The notes beneath the pieces are model-generated. The model was not told where the DNA came from and made no database searches. It saw nothing but the letters and a program-made list of their open reading frames with translations. A stretch of 63,556 nucleotides of DNA, counting the filler, from Choristocarpus tenellus KU-1152 (Eukaryota > Protista > Phaeophyceae), in NCBI GenBank assembly GCA_964200185.2. It is 9 parts of 9 records of this genome, joined end to end, with 100 filler letters (N's around TTAATTAATTAA, not from the genome) between each part and the next. Parts side by side here need not be neighbours in the genome. Positions count along the whole stretch, not along the records: positions 1 to 5,404 come from CAXNAD020010895.1; positions 5,505 to 16,928 come from CAXNAD020002327.1; positions 17,029 to 23,715 come from CAXNAD020007561.1; 6 more parts are not named here. One strand, 5' to 3'. The position numbers were made by a program, and so were the translations under genes. Positions 1 to 19,515 of the stretch are shown piece by piece (position 1 is the first letter of the stretch; the number at the start of each line of letters is the position of its first letter).

Positions 1-145
1 TTGGTCCAAATGGCCCCTCTGTGGTAGACCCCCCCCCCCCAGATACTTTAGGTCATTATTGCAAAACAAAGGTACACCTTTTGCTGGGAAAGAATACACT
101 TGAGAATTGTATGTCTGCCGAACACAGACCCAACTCTAAGCACAC

Positions 146-3100
146 CTGCGGCACAAACATGACTTGAGTATCCACGGGCCGTTGTATTGTCCCTTTTCCT
201 GTTGTCCACAGTCCTGCCACTGCCCTGTAAGCATATGGGGGCTAGGGTCAGCGAGGATGTAGATATTTGGAGAACTGCTTCACAGGTGTGAGTGCCCTTC
301 ACAATGTCATAGTACACAAGATGTACAGTTCATTCTCTCAAAAAATAGCAAACCCCTCACTCACCTAAACGCATGTGCAGGCCCTCGAAAACCATAACAA
401 ACCCCTATCGCACCTACTTCTACCAATACGAAGATTACAATCCATGCAAGAAAGGCATCCTAGAGCTGAATCCTATGTACATATACACACACAAATGAAA
501 ATCTTCATAGCCTCAACGTTTTTGCCGATGAGATTCGGCTAGACATTGGTCTGCATGCCGGTGGTGCACCTGAGTAAAGACGATTTTCCACATCCAGAAG
601 GCCCAGTGATCAGCACTGACTCCCCCTTTGCCACAGAGAAGGATAGGTCTTGACATATCACCTCCTTCTCATCTGGAGTGTGGAAGGTCAGGCCCTTGCT
701 ACCATGCGGAAAAATAGCGCAATAATGTGTGTATATATGTATATATATATATAAATAAATTTTGATGTGTGTGTTTGGAGGGTGGGGGGGGGGGGTATCT
801 ATCAGGTGTGGAAATAGCCAGGGGCATGAAATTTGCATATATAAATATATGTGTGTGTCTGTGAATTTCATTTGAGGAGGATGATTGTCTCTCAGCATGA
901 TAAGAGTATGTGAAAAGGAGCAGGATGAATTGGAAAAAAATCAAGGACTCCAAAATTGCAACAGCATCGACAGCTTGTTGATAGTGTGTGACATCACAAC
1001 TAAGGTGCACACCCTTTAGAGATTTTGTAAGAAAAAAAAAAGTCATAAAAGTTTGGACACATTGAAGTACTTTGTATATTCAATGAAAACTACTACTACA
1101 TACATGAAAAATTACAAATATAGGGGGGAAATAATGTATACTTCAAAAAAAGAGAGCATTGTAGTCTGCAATCAGCACTATGCGTGCACTCTCAGGAATA
1201 AAAAATATATAACCAAACGAAGACTCTCATGAAAACCCTACAGATTGAACAACAACAATAGCACTCTTATCTTATCGCTGTTCTAGGCTCTATCACATAG
1301 CAGCACTTCTCCTATGCTCAAAGAGCTCAGACATCATCCACCCACATTTTATTTTATTTTATTTCATGGCTGGGTCTACCTCTACACACTTGTCAATCTC
1401 GACAACTTCATAGATTGACCTGCACAAAGACATCTCTGTCAATTTTGTACTCTATATCTTCTACAGATCAGCCAGCCCTGTGGGGGGTCCGATGAGTCCA
1501 TGGTATGTCTTCATCCATCTCTGACTGTACTCCTCAAGAAGGTCTTTTGTTCTTTTCTAGTCCAAACATCAATAAAGGAAAAAAAGGAAAACATCTTAAC
1601 ACAAAGTCGTTGAATTGCAGTTTCTCCGTTTCAACCCTAGAAAAGAAAAAGAAAAAGAAAGTAATACCCTCTGTTGCTGATAAAAATAATCCCAATCCAA
1701 TGCTGTTGATGACAACTGAATTAATATTAGAAAGAAAAAACATGAAGTGAACTATCATCCTCTGTTAAAGTTTTTTAAATGATCACAAAGCTGCTGTTGA
1801 CTACAAACACATGCATTAATGTGCAAGTAGTTGAAATGATGGGGGTTGGGGGGAGGGGATTTCAAGTCGAAATTCATCATTCCCCTTCATCCCATGTCCT
1901 CTACTTCTACTATATACCCACATTGCCATGACAGGAGAGTGCATAGGCCCACTCATCAACTCCTCCAGCTTGAAGCAGATCTTTGTCGCTGGATTCTTAA
2001 TGAGACACTCCTGTTCCATCTGACTCCCCTTTGAACCCTCTAAGCCATGAACTTCACCTGACATCAAAATCAGCGCCTCCGGTGGTGCTGAAGGGTTATC
2101 ATTATCAACCTAGTATTCACAAAGCAGGGAAGAGGAGAGACTATGATGTTAATAGAAGGACAAGCTTGGGGGTGGGAGGGTGGAGTTGATGGCAAAGGAG
2201 TGAAACAAGGGAGGACTGATACCATTCTTCATAGGGGGGCGATGGGGATGGGGATGGGGGTGGGGGAAAGTCAAGAAGTATTTGTAGAGAGACAAGAAGG
2301 CATCAACAGAGGAAGGATTGGGATGGACCAGAAAGAGGTCCCAAGGCTAATGAGAGAGGGAAGCAATCAGTGACACTGATACTATAGGACCAGATGCACT
2401 ATGTAACAACTATCCTATACATCTTAGAGGGGGGTGGAGTTGTGTATTTGAGTATTTGGGGTCCATGTGGCTGCCTTCTGGAACATGTGTCCACTTCTAG
2501 CAGAGGGGCAATTCCCCACCTATGTGGACAAACACTTGTCTCTTCTTCTACAGTGCACAAATAGCCTCCTAAGGGGGATTAGCTGCTGCATTTGAGGCAT
2601 ATCAACAAGGGGTCAAGCATCAGCAAAACTAAAATACTCAAAAGACCTTGAACGTAAGACAGACCCCCTCTTAAGTTCGTATGACTGAGTGCAGTGTACA
2701 GGGCAGACCTCGGACTTGTGTAAGAGTGGGGACAGGAGCACTTTATGGATACTATGAAACACTTCTAAGAACACTTCCTCTCACTAAGAAAGAATCAAAT
2801 TGAATGCTCTGTGAGCCAAGACGGTATGAGACTCTTGATGGGATTCGTTAGGTATAGGAATAGGTAAGAGTAAGTCGAATTTCACTGAGATTCTGGGGGT
2901 AAAACTTCATATCGGGTTCTTCCAAGACCCCCCCCCAAAAAAAATACATATATATATATATATATCGAATATTTGATACCCTCTTTTGCACTTACAGTCT
3001 GTCATGGAGAAGCGTACAAATCGAAGTAAAAACAGAAAAGGTAATGAAATAGGGGTGACAAAATAGAAAAAAAAAAAGATTGAAAAATTGGAACAAACGA

Positions 3101-3939
3101 AACTGCCACGTATCAGGCATCGTACTGGACCCACAAGTCACAACACATCGTTTTGGTGCAAAAATAGGTATTGCACTCTTAGCTCGAGGGTCCAATGGCG
3201 AAGTCCTAAAGCTGTTCCAAACAAAAATGCTTCCCCCCGCAAAAAAAAATTCCCCCAGGAAAATTCCTAATTTTCAAATACTTTTTGATAGAAATTGGAC
3301 AGGGACGGGCCTTTTTGAAACACGCTGGAAACATTTCTTTAAAAAGATTGCAAATCTGTTCTTGTTATTGGGAACCGACCTAACCCTATATCCCAAGTAT
3401 ATGAAATGCGTTTTGATTTTGCTGGATCTAAACCGTACACCAAATTAAATATATATATATATTTTTTTAAACGCGGTCAAAGAGACCCTATTGGGGCAGC
3501 ACCAACAGTCTCACCTGCAAGGTTTCCATGAGGTAGTGAAGGCGTTCAGTCTCCGAAGCCAAGCTAGCCAGTGTTCGAATCTGGTTTACGATGACGCTGA
3601 GACCAGACTGGATCATGCGAAATGCCATGGCTGTCTGTAACAGGATGCAGCAGAAAAAGGGTATTGTCACGTGTTGTCGAGAACATAAAAAAAAGGCATA
3701 GACATAGAATAGAATGAAACCTACTGTAGCACCTAATAAGAATAATGAAATACACAAAACGCATACATGACATATAGCAATTTCCAAACCTGTGAGATGA
3801 CACCGAACTCCACATCTCCGGAGAAGTATCTATGGGCCACAGCCAAGTAGGGAAGAACCACCGTAAACCAAGCAAAGCAGTTCTGACACACAGACAACTG
3901 GGCATCACACTTCAACTTCAAGTTGGTGTTGGCAACAAT
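146..3939 (-). CDS. ABC transporter subfamily D (ABCD) half-transporter, partial (internal exons only)
   Basis: Phase-consistent GT-AG exons 3939-3790, 3634-3515, 2109-1922, 698-570 and 224-146. They give ...VLPYLAVAHRYFSGDVEFGVISQ/TAMAF...LASETERL (ABCD membrane-domain end), then AIKGLTFHTPD...GESVLITGPSGCGKSSLLR/AVAGLWTTGKGTIQRP...VMFVPQ (Walker A, AGLW and Q-loop typical of ABCD). Both gene ends lie off the contig. Confidence 0.9.
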
Positions 3940-4944
3940 CTGTCCGGCATGGGTGTGTTGGGTGGGAGGGTGGGTTTAAATTGGCTCATGGGAATCAATA
4001 GAAGCGGTTGGTTTGTTTATTTTTATTTTTGGGGTGTGTAATTTGTGTTGGCGTACCCTGTAGCTGCTCAGTAGCGCTACCACTGCCATAGACCCAAAGG
4101 ACTGCTACCAGAATGTCGCAAGTGAAAGTGAACAAGAGCAGCATGAACTAGATTATATTCTAATCATCAACAACACAGGCACAGCAATACTACCTATAAT
4201 ACACACAAACATATATATATATATATATCTGAAGGGAGCAGAGGTCCTGCCATAGGACCTAACACGAGGGACTAAGACACACATGGCAATCATCCAATAA
4301 CTTACAAAACACAAAACATGTAGGAGGCAGGAAACAGGCCAAACACACCCCACCCCACCCAAACCATGGGATAGACACCGGCATATATTCTGTGTTTTAC
4401 AGTGAAAAAAAGGACTTGAATCATGTCACCAGAAAAACATTTTCTGTTTTCAATGACAGTATCAATCAGTCAGTCACATCTTTGAAAATATCATGTCATT
4501 TTGTGGGGACGGGGTTACCGTCCATATTGGCACCAGTTTACATAGTGCCTCCTGCACATATTTCCAGATAACCATCAATAGGGAACGAGATTGATATTTA
4601 CATTTATCACAATTGCACTGACTACATTGTAGACCTGTCTGTGTCACATGAGAGCAAGAGCCTACAGGTACGGGTCATAAACATCGCTCCATTCTTCTTT
4701 TTTTTCGTATTGTCTTAACAAAGAAAAAAAATGCCAGTTCTCAATGATAACCCATCACAAGCACTAAAAAAAAAAAGAGATATCAACCCCAGCTTCAAGT
4801 ATTCAAAGTCTAACCCTAACCCTATTGAAGTACTATGAGAGAGGAATATAGTATGCCCCAGTGTGAATGTTGCAACTTTTTTATTCTTAATCGACAGATA
4901 AGAGTTCTTGCTTCCACATTGAACTTCACCACACATTCAAGGTT

Positions 4945-5404
4945 CATCGCCACATACTATGCACTATTGCCACATACTACGAATTATTGTCACATACTAT
5001 GCATTATCACCACATACTATGCACTATTGCCACATACTACAAATTATTGTCACTATGCATTATCGCCACATACTATGCATTATCACCACATACTATGCAC
5101 TATTGCCACATACTATGAATTATTGTCACATACTATGCATTATCACCACATACTATGCATTATCGCCACATACTATGCACTATCACCACATACTACGAAT
5201 TATTATCACAAACTATGCATTATCGCCACATACTATGCACTATTGCCACACGCTACGAATTATTGTCACATACTATGCATTATCGCCACATACTACGCAC
5301 TATTGCCACATACTACAAATTATTGTCACAAACTTTGCATTATCGCCACATACTATGCATTATCACCACATACTATGCACTATTGCCACATACTACAAAT
5401 TATT
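4945..5404. repeat. Minisatellite, ~20-bp unit (gcaytatyrccacatactat) with a ~60-bp higher-order pattern
   Basis: Directly visible tandem array running into the contig end. It explains the three stop-free repetitive ORFs at 4835-5460. Confidence 0.95.
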
Positions 5405-5504
5405 NNNNNNNNNNNNNNNNNNNNNNNNNNNNNNNNNNNNNNNNNNNNTTAATTAATTAANNNNNNNNNNNNNNNNNNNNNNNNNNNNNNNNNNNNNNNN
5501 NNNN
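5405..5504. other. Artificial contig-joining spacer (N44-TTAATTAATTAA-N44)
   Basis: Identical 100-bp spacer with stops in all six frames. It recurs at 16929-17028, 23716-23815, 35677-35776, 40557-40656, 49040-49139, 55806-55905 and 60742-60841. Confidence 0.97.
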
Positions 5505-6071
5505 GGGGGGGGGGGGGATGTCGCTAGAATGAAGGGGGGGCTTCGTTCCAGTCATCCTAATATGTGCACCTGCTTTGATAGTTTCCTGAGGTTTTTGAAC
5601 CTCATCAAATGCGACTTGGTCGACTTCGCACTGGTGATCCTCCACAGTCATGACAGTCCACCATCTCAAAATTTGCACGCCTCCCAGTGTATATGAGAAC
5701 TAAGCCTCGTCAATGGGGTTTATCGCGTGTGTCGTTTGGAGGCGAGAATGGAGGTTGGAAAAGGTATGTTGCATTTAATTCCGAACGTATGAAGTTATAT
5801 ATATATATATAATAAGTATGTTTGTAGTACGTAGTAGGAAGCAGTATTTAGATGTAAGTGGTAGTTAATGATATTAATGATATTAATGTATTTGATATTT
5901 TCAAGAACCCTAACCTTGATATTATTGGCCCGCCACAAGACCCAACACAAACATCATCAAAATCTGTATGTGTTACACTCCAACCTCGTTGACTGAGGTC
6001 ACTACCAAAATACCCCGCACAACCACCTATCCACCTTTGCCCACTCGCACTCTACTACCTTAAAATTGAAT

Positions 6072-13289
<7,218 letters not shown>

Positions 13290-14967
13290 ACTATCACGCC
13301 ACAGAGCAGTAGGAGAGTGTGGTTACACTTGCCGCTAGATTGGCAGGGGGTTGTGTCCACCACCTCTGTAACCAAGCCTGAACCAAATGAAACAGTGGAG
13401 TGTTTCTGGGGAAATGAGAAACGACTTTGAGGGAGGGAGGAAGTGTTGTGTGCTTTGTCCGGCTGAAGTATGAGCAAGGAAGACATGAGATGAATGTCTT
13501 GTTGGTTAACTGCATCATCTTTGCGATCATATTTGTGAGGAGGTCGTGATGTTCATCTCAGTATGTATGGCAGCGTTGTTATCTAGAGCAGTGTGGTAGA
13601 GTTTTTTTTTTGTGTGATGAAACGAATACAGGGGTTGAAGGGGAGATGTCTCGTTTTTTGATGCTTTGTTAAGTTGGTAGTGATGCCTGGTAGTTGGCAG
13701 TTGTAACAGTAGGAACGGCTGGCAGGAGGTATCATGGTCATGACTGATCAGGAAGATTGCTGTAAATACACCTGAGGAATGAACAGAGTTAAATCTGTTG
13801 CTTCTTTGAGAGATGAAAATATATGTATGCTCTTTCACAATCATTTCAATAGAACTTGATAGGTGAAACTGTCAAAACTTTCTCTGGTGGAGTAGAAAAA
13901 TAGCTCATGGTATTTGCCATTTATGATGCAGGGATTGTGTTTTGTCGGAACTATGGTCACGTTATCCGTGCAGGTTTTTTGCTATCATGATCGGTCTACT
14001 TAGCTCAACAAGTTGGCACTTGAAGTCATCATCTTAAGATGAGACGCTGAATAGGTGTGGCTTGTTTTGAAGGTGGGAAAACGTGTTGAGATATTTTTGG
14101 TACTCTTTCACAAGTAGGCTGCAAAATCTTGTGTGATGTCCACTTATCATCTCTTGGTCATAGTAATGTGACCCTGATGAGTTTTATCTGGTATGACAAG
14201 GCCTAATAAACACTACATCGTTTTGTCACATGTCAACTAGAATTTGAAGTGATAACTGCAAAAAAAAAGATCTGAAAGCAACCCAGCTATCCTTGACGAG
14301 AAGTAAACAAACGTGGTTGAGTGTATTGTAACTGCGTATTATCGTGTGACACAATGTGAATGCCGTCGTGAAGAAAAACAGGCAGCAGGGAAAAAAGACA
14401 ATCAATCGTTGAGCAGGAGATATGGAGGGGTGATTGAGAATATTAAATGAGGGGGATCCAGCAGCGTAGATGTTACGTAAGGAAAGATTGGGAGATGAGC
14501 AGGTGGTATCATAGTACAAATATAAACATCGTAAGAGGTGTGTCTTACACCATCAACAGTGCACTGTACATACATTTCTGACCAGCAGTTCCCTCCCAGT
14601 TTCGACCGTGAGATCCCGATAGTCCCAAAACAATCCTTCCCAGCGCTACTTCTTGTACCATGCCTCACCTACCTACACTCGATCTGCAAGTAAGTGTGGT
14701 GGTACTAACACGTCGTGCATTTCCAGTACGGATGAAATCGACTGGAGGATTTTTTTTGTATTTTTTGAATCGAATCGAATTGAACTGTGGACATACGAGG
14801 TAAAGCTCGCGAAACACACTCATATCGTTGAGCGGTGGTGTTTGACGACTCGAGGCAAAACCAAATCGTCTGCGCAAAGTTTACAAATAATGGTAGGACC
14901 TCTGCCTTACCTATAAAATGTGTACAAATATTTGTGGCACCACCCTTCTGCCTACGAAACATGTATG

Positions 14968-15108
14968 TAACAGCCCATTTCAAAAATTGAGGATGGAGCT
15001 TTTCATTGAGGATGGGCTTGACCAAAAAATTGACTGGGATAAAGTGTCGATATGTTTTTAGGTCAATTTTGGGTCAAGCCCATCCTCAATTTTTGAAATC
15101 GGCTGTTA
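14968..15108. mobile_element. Small foldback/MITE-like inverted repeat
   Basis: Left arm taacagcccatttcaaaaattgaggatgg...gcttgaccaaaaaattgac pairs with right arm gtcaattttgggtcaagcccatcctcaatttttgaaatcggctgtta. Both ends are TA-flanked. Confidence 0.7.
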
Positions 15109-16588
15109 TGTGCAAATATTTGGACTACTCTCTTCTCTGCGAAAGATGTACCAACCGTTGCCTGGTACAAAACATTGATTCGAATCCCTCCACAATGGTC
15201 TGTTCTTGTGAGCACAAGTTGTACGAATGGTCTGTTCTTGTGAGCACAAGTTGTACGAATCACAGTGTGTTGATTTATCAACATCTCATCATGTAGTCGG
15301 AAGACTTCTCCAGGACCACTACCGCAATATTATGAAAGGGTCCAAACGATTGGGATCCGCAAATAAAAAAGACTTAACCCCTACTACTAAACCCGTGATT
15401 TGAAATGATGTGCGCCCCCATCGTGCATATCTCCGATGTGTGACAGGAACGACCATTGATTTGTCAGAAATTGATTTAGACCCTACATTATTACTGTTGT
15501 CATTGGCACAACATATAATAGTGGTAATAAGAGTATCCTTTCTCTAGACTTCTACTGACATGTTGACAATGATAATAGATTCGAAGTCTGTCTGAGTTTA
15601 GTTACCTTGATATATATAAAAAATCGATCATGTATGACGAGGAACATAGATAGGCAGCTGAGAACCTGTCTCATATATTTTAGGAACGAACATATCAAAA
15701 TAGATGAAAATCTTCGGATAGGAATGTAACATTTTGGCTACTCATCATTCTTGATTCTTACCAGGAATGTGAACCTCAAGAACTGTCTGAGTTGCACACT
15801 TGTACAGAAGTGAGGATCTGAGCTATTACAGTGATTTGTGTGTGTTGTGCAATATCACCCATGGTATTTCTATCATCAATATTTTTCTACTTCGGAGTAC
15901 AATGTTACTCCAGAGTAAATCGTGTACGACCAAAGTAGTGTTTTGTATGTCGTAAACAATGCAACTAAGCCCAAATGAAAGGGACGTGCATCTATCTTGC
16001 ATGAATGCTATCCTTTTCAACCCAGTGGGTTGGTGTTGCCCACGTATGTATCGCAGTCAGTCACACAGAGCTCCACAGCAATGGTTCATATTCCAATTCT
16101 AAGAGTGGAAGCAACAATAGCAATGCACACGCATACACCACACACGCATGTAGACATACACATACTCACATACCTACAAGTAAATGCACACAAAATTGTG
16201 TGGCAAACACAACCCCGCCACTTCCACCTATCAAGTGCTGTTTCAACTAGTCACATATCACAACCTCAAGGCTGAAACGATGCTGCTTGGGGAATTGCCA
16301 GAGCTTGTAGGATATCATGTCATTGAGCACAGAGGATATTCCTGCAGGTAGGTGTGTTCAGTTCTGTTCCAAGTCTCTCACAACGAGCAACCAGGTCGAA
16401 GGAAAAGTTTCAACACACTAAGGCCCCCTATGCACCTCCCACTTGTATTGCAGCTTTCCACTCAATGCACTGAGTTGAGGCAAGCAAAAGGTAAGAGAAG
16501 GCGGAAAACACAAACGAATGATGATGAGGGCCTTTTGTGGGCTAGTATCGAGCGCCTAGATTGGTACATTCCATCTACCCATCTTGAC

Positions 16589-16797
16589 CGCCCATGCCGT
16601 GATCCTGAGGTACCTTGGGTGACACTTGGTCCGAACCAGGAGAGAGCCCAACCTAACTAAGTACCACCCAATGCGTTTGAGGATCACAATATCTGGCTCC
16701 GCCCATGCCATGATCCTCAAATACCTTGGATGACACTTTGGGCGGAACCATGAGAGCTAACTAAGTACTACGCACGGCATTTGAGGATCGCAGTATC
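16589..16797. repeat. Diverged ~105-bp tandem duplication
   Basis: gcccatgccrtgatcct...accttggrtgacactt...ctaactaagtacyac...tttgaggatcrcartatc occurs twice, at ~16589 and ~16700. Confidence 0.8.
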
Positions 16798-17028
16798 AAC
16801 AGCCTAGATGGGCACGCGGACTGACCTGAGTCAGGCACTGTCCTCACTCTGAAGTAGTTCAACACATGACCCAAAGTATCTGGGGGGGGGGGGGGGGGGG
16901 CGAGACCGAGGGGGGCGATATCGGCAAANNNNNNNNNNNNNNNNNNNNNNNNNNNNNNNNNNNNNNNNNNNNTTAATTAATTAANNNNNNNNNNNNNNNN
17001 NNNNNNNNNNNNNNNNNNNNNNNNNNNN

Positions 17029-17112
17029 TAAATGCACTCTTCCTGGTTTTGGTCCAAATGGACACTCTGGTGTAGACCCCCCCCCTCCCCCCCCCCCAAG
17101 ATACTTTGGGTC
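17029..17112. mobile_element. Truncated CAAAGTATCT-family MITE end at a contig edge
   Basis: The reverse complement gacccaaagtatct-polyG-ggtctacaccagagtgtccatttggacc matches the left end of 59823-60002. Similar truncated ends occur at 1-54, 16868-16928, 40477-40556, 40657-40771 and 60636-60741. Confidence 0.8.
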
Positions 17113-19515
17113 ATAGTAGTCCTTGTAATCTAGTTTTGGTTTTCCCCGACACATCCATAATCTGTCAAAGGGGACAATAGTATATTGACATTCTATTATA
17201 TTATGCCTACTGACATGTAGGGATGTCGCCATGTAGGACAAAACAAGAAATATGAAGGGGAGAAGAAAAAAAAAAGTAATAGCATAATTGAGACCGGAGA
17301 AGAGGAAAGATCATGTAAAGAACACAACAAACATAACCACAGGGAGGACAACTATATTGAATACACATTGCATGTAAAACAACGGACCAAAAGTCTGGAC
17401 ATCAGGGATGGGTGTCCCGTATGGGGAAACAGAAAGCAGAATCTGGAGTCTCAAGATCAAATATTGCGGATGACATTCAGCAAGAGCAGCCTTATGGCCA
17501 CATTCCAGTTAAGGTCCTCGTGATCCCAGTGGCACCAAGGAGACTTGAGGAGGCATTAGGGAGGGAATGGGCATCCTCGTGGCAGATTTTGATGGAAGGA
17601 ATGAAAGTGTTGATATAGTAGTACAGGGCTGAAATTGCACGAGGGAATATTGCTCCTGCTCTCCTCACGTCCAGATCTCTTCAGAAGTTTCGGCATTGGT
17701 GGTATTAAGGGACGAGCATGAGGTGCTGCAGGGCTTCTTGAGAACCAGAGAGAATTGAAATCCTTTCTGTAGTAGTAAGAGAAAGTTGAAGAACTACAAT
17801 GGTAAGACACATGGGTGTATCTTTCCTTATAAACGAGGAAATCACATCATCTGTGGATCAAGAATAGATGCCAACACACTTTGGTATTCCATATTAATTG
17901 TGGAAGTTGTGAAAATACTGGGACGCCTGACCCATCAGCATAAGACCCCCCATTTTGTGACTAGCACACCTGTTGTATCATGGCATCTTCCCAAAATATT
18001 AAGTGGTATGTAACAAATGTAACAGATCGAAGTACAAAAATGTATTGTCACATATCAGAAGTACACTACTACTACATAGTACGGTATGCCAGGCATCCTA
18101 TGTCTCAGAGGGGGGTGTCGTTGAGACTTGGGATCCTTCTGATCGCCTTGAACCACATGTCAATGTGCTTCTAGCATCTGGAGGTTAATTTTGTTTGTGT
18201 AGATGAACGATGTCTCCTCTTCTACAGTTCTATTTTCCAGAGGTGGGTTAGCTACATTTCAGGCATGGGAATCGGGTGTTACAGAGAAGGTTGACAAAAT
18301 ACCCAAATTCTTAAAAGGACCTAAATAGACTCCCATCTGAAGTAGCATGGCTCACCGTCATACCAAGTACATGACACGCCCAATGCATACCGTTGGATGC
18401 AACTATTAATGGTGCATTTGGACAGGGTGAAAGGGAGTGACTTCATTGGTGGTAGAATCGTATCCCTCCCAGCCTCTTTCATGGGAGAAGGATAATGTAT
18501 CACCAAAATGGTTGTGATAAATAGTACTCCAGAGTTTGCATGAAGTAAGGTCACTCGCTCTACACAGAACTCGCCGTTTTGGTGCCTATCTGGGGAATAC
18601 TAGTACAACTACTCAGAACGATCTTAATGGCATCACCAGTGTACATACACAAGAAACGAAAAACTGCACTGGTGAAAATGCCCCAAAGAAAGACTTGGCT
18701 AGGGTCAGCAACAATAACAAAAATAATGTTGATGATGATGAGGATGAGGATGCATGAGACATCGTTTAGATGGAAAGTATTTCGGAGCACTTCAAAGAGT
18801 ATTTCAATGCGCTACTCGAGTAGTTAGCAAAGGGTGCAATGCAGTGTGCCCAGTCCTAAAGAGGGACAGTTTGTTGGCAAGGTGAGTTCTGACATTAAAC
18901 TTCTTCACTTCTCTGCCATTAATAGTGCTGCTCATCTACTGAGAATAGTGGATATTCACTCCATCCAGTAGAAACATACGCATTTTGATTAAAAACTATG
19001 TATTTGCGCACACCTACATTAAAGGATATGCTATCTTCTTAGCCAAGGTAAACTCCTACTTGGAAATTATGCATTGAAGTACTCTATCTACAGAAGAAAA
19101 AGCGCCCGAGTAATCATGCTCCTTTACATATTCAACACACAACTTGGGGTACACATTGTGGTATACAATGTACACGATTATGTACATTAATAGACTATAC
19201 AGTCTACATAAGTACACCCACAGCATATAGACTAGAGCTCTATGGATACACATTAGTGTACGGTAGTAGCACAACATTGCATCTTTATATAGGACAACCA
19301 CACCAACTGAAGTCACCATTCAAAGCATTCAGCAGCACAGCACCACAAGTCCATAACAAACTTACTTCATCATATGAGTTACCTCTACCTACAAACTGCT
19401 ACTCAAGCTATCCACAAGTCACCCACCTACACATGCTTCAAGGCAATGCAATGGCCACGTCCTGTATCCACCAAATGCCATCAGCTACATCATTATAGCC
19501 ATGCGCCTTTGTGCT

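Noticed and set aside
4835-5460. Long His/Cys/Thr-rich repetitive ORFs, or a CRISPR-like array
   Set aside because: This is a pure tandem minisatellite with no unique spacers. It is open in three frames only because the unit lacks stops.
5449-5460. Recurrent TTAATTAATTAA motif
   Set aside because: It is a synthetic six-frame stop linker between N runs, not a biological sequence.
5570-5652. Possible first exon of a gene divergent from GGAT (MTVEDHQCEVDQVAFDEVQKPQETIKA|GT)
   Set aside because: It is short, has no recognisable homology, and the contig ends immediately after it, so it cannot be supported.
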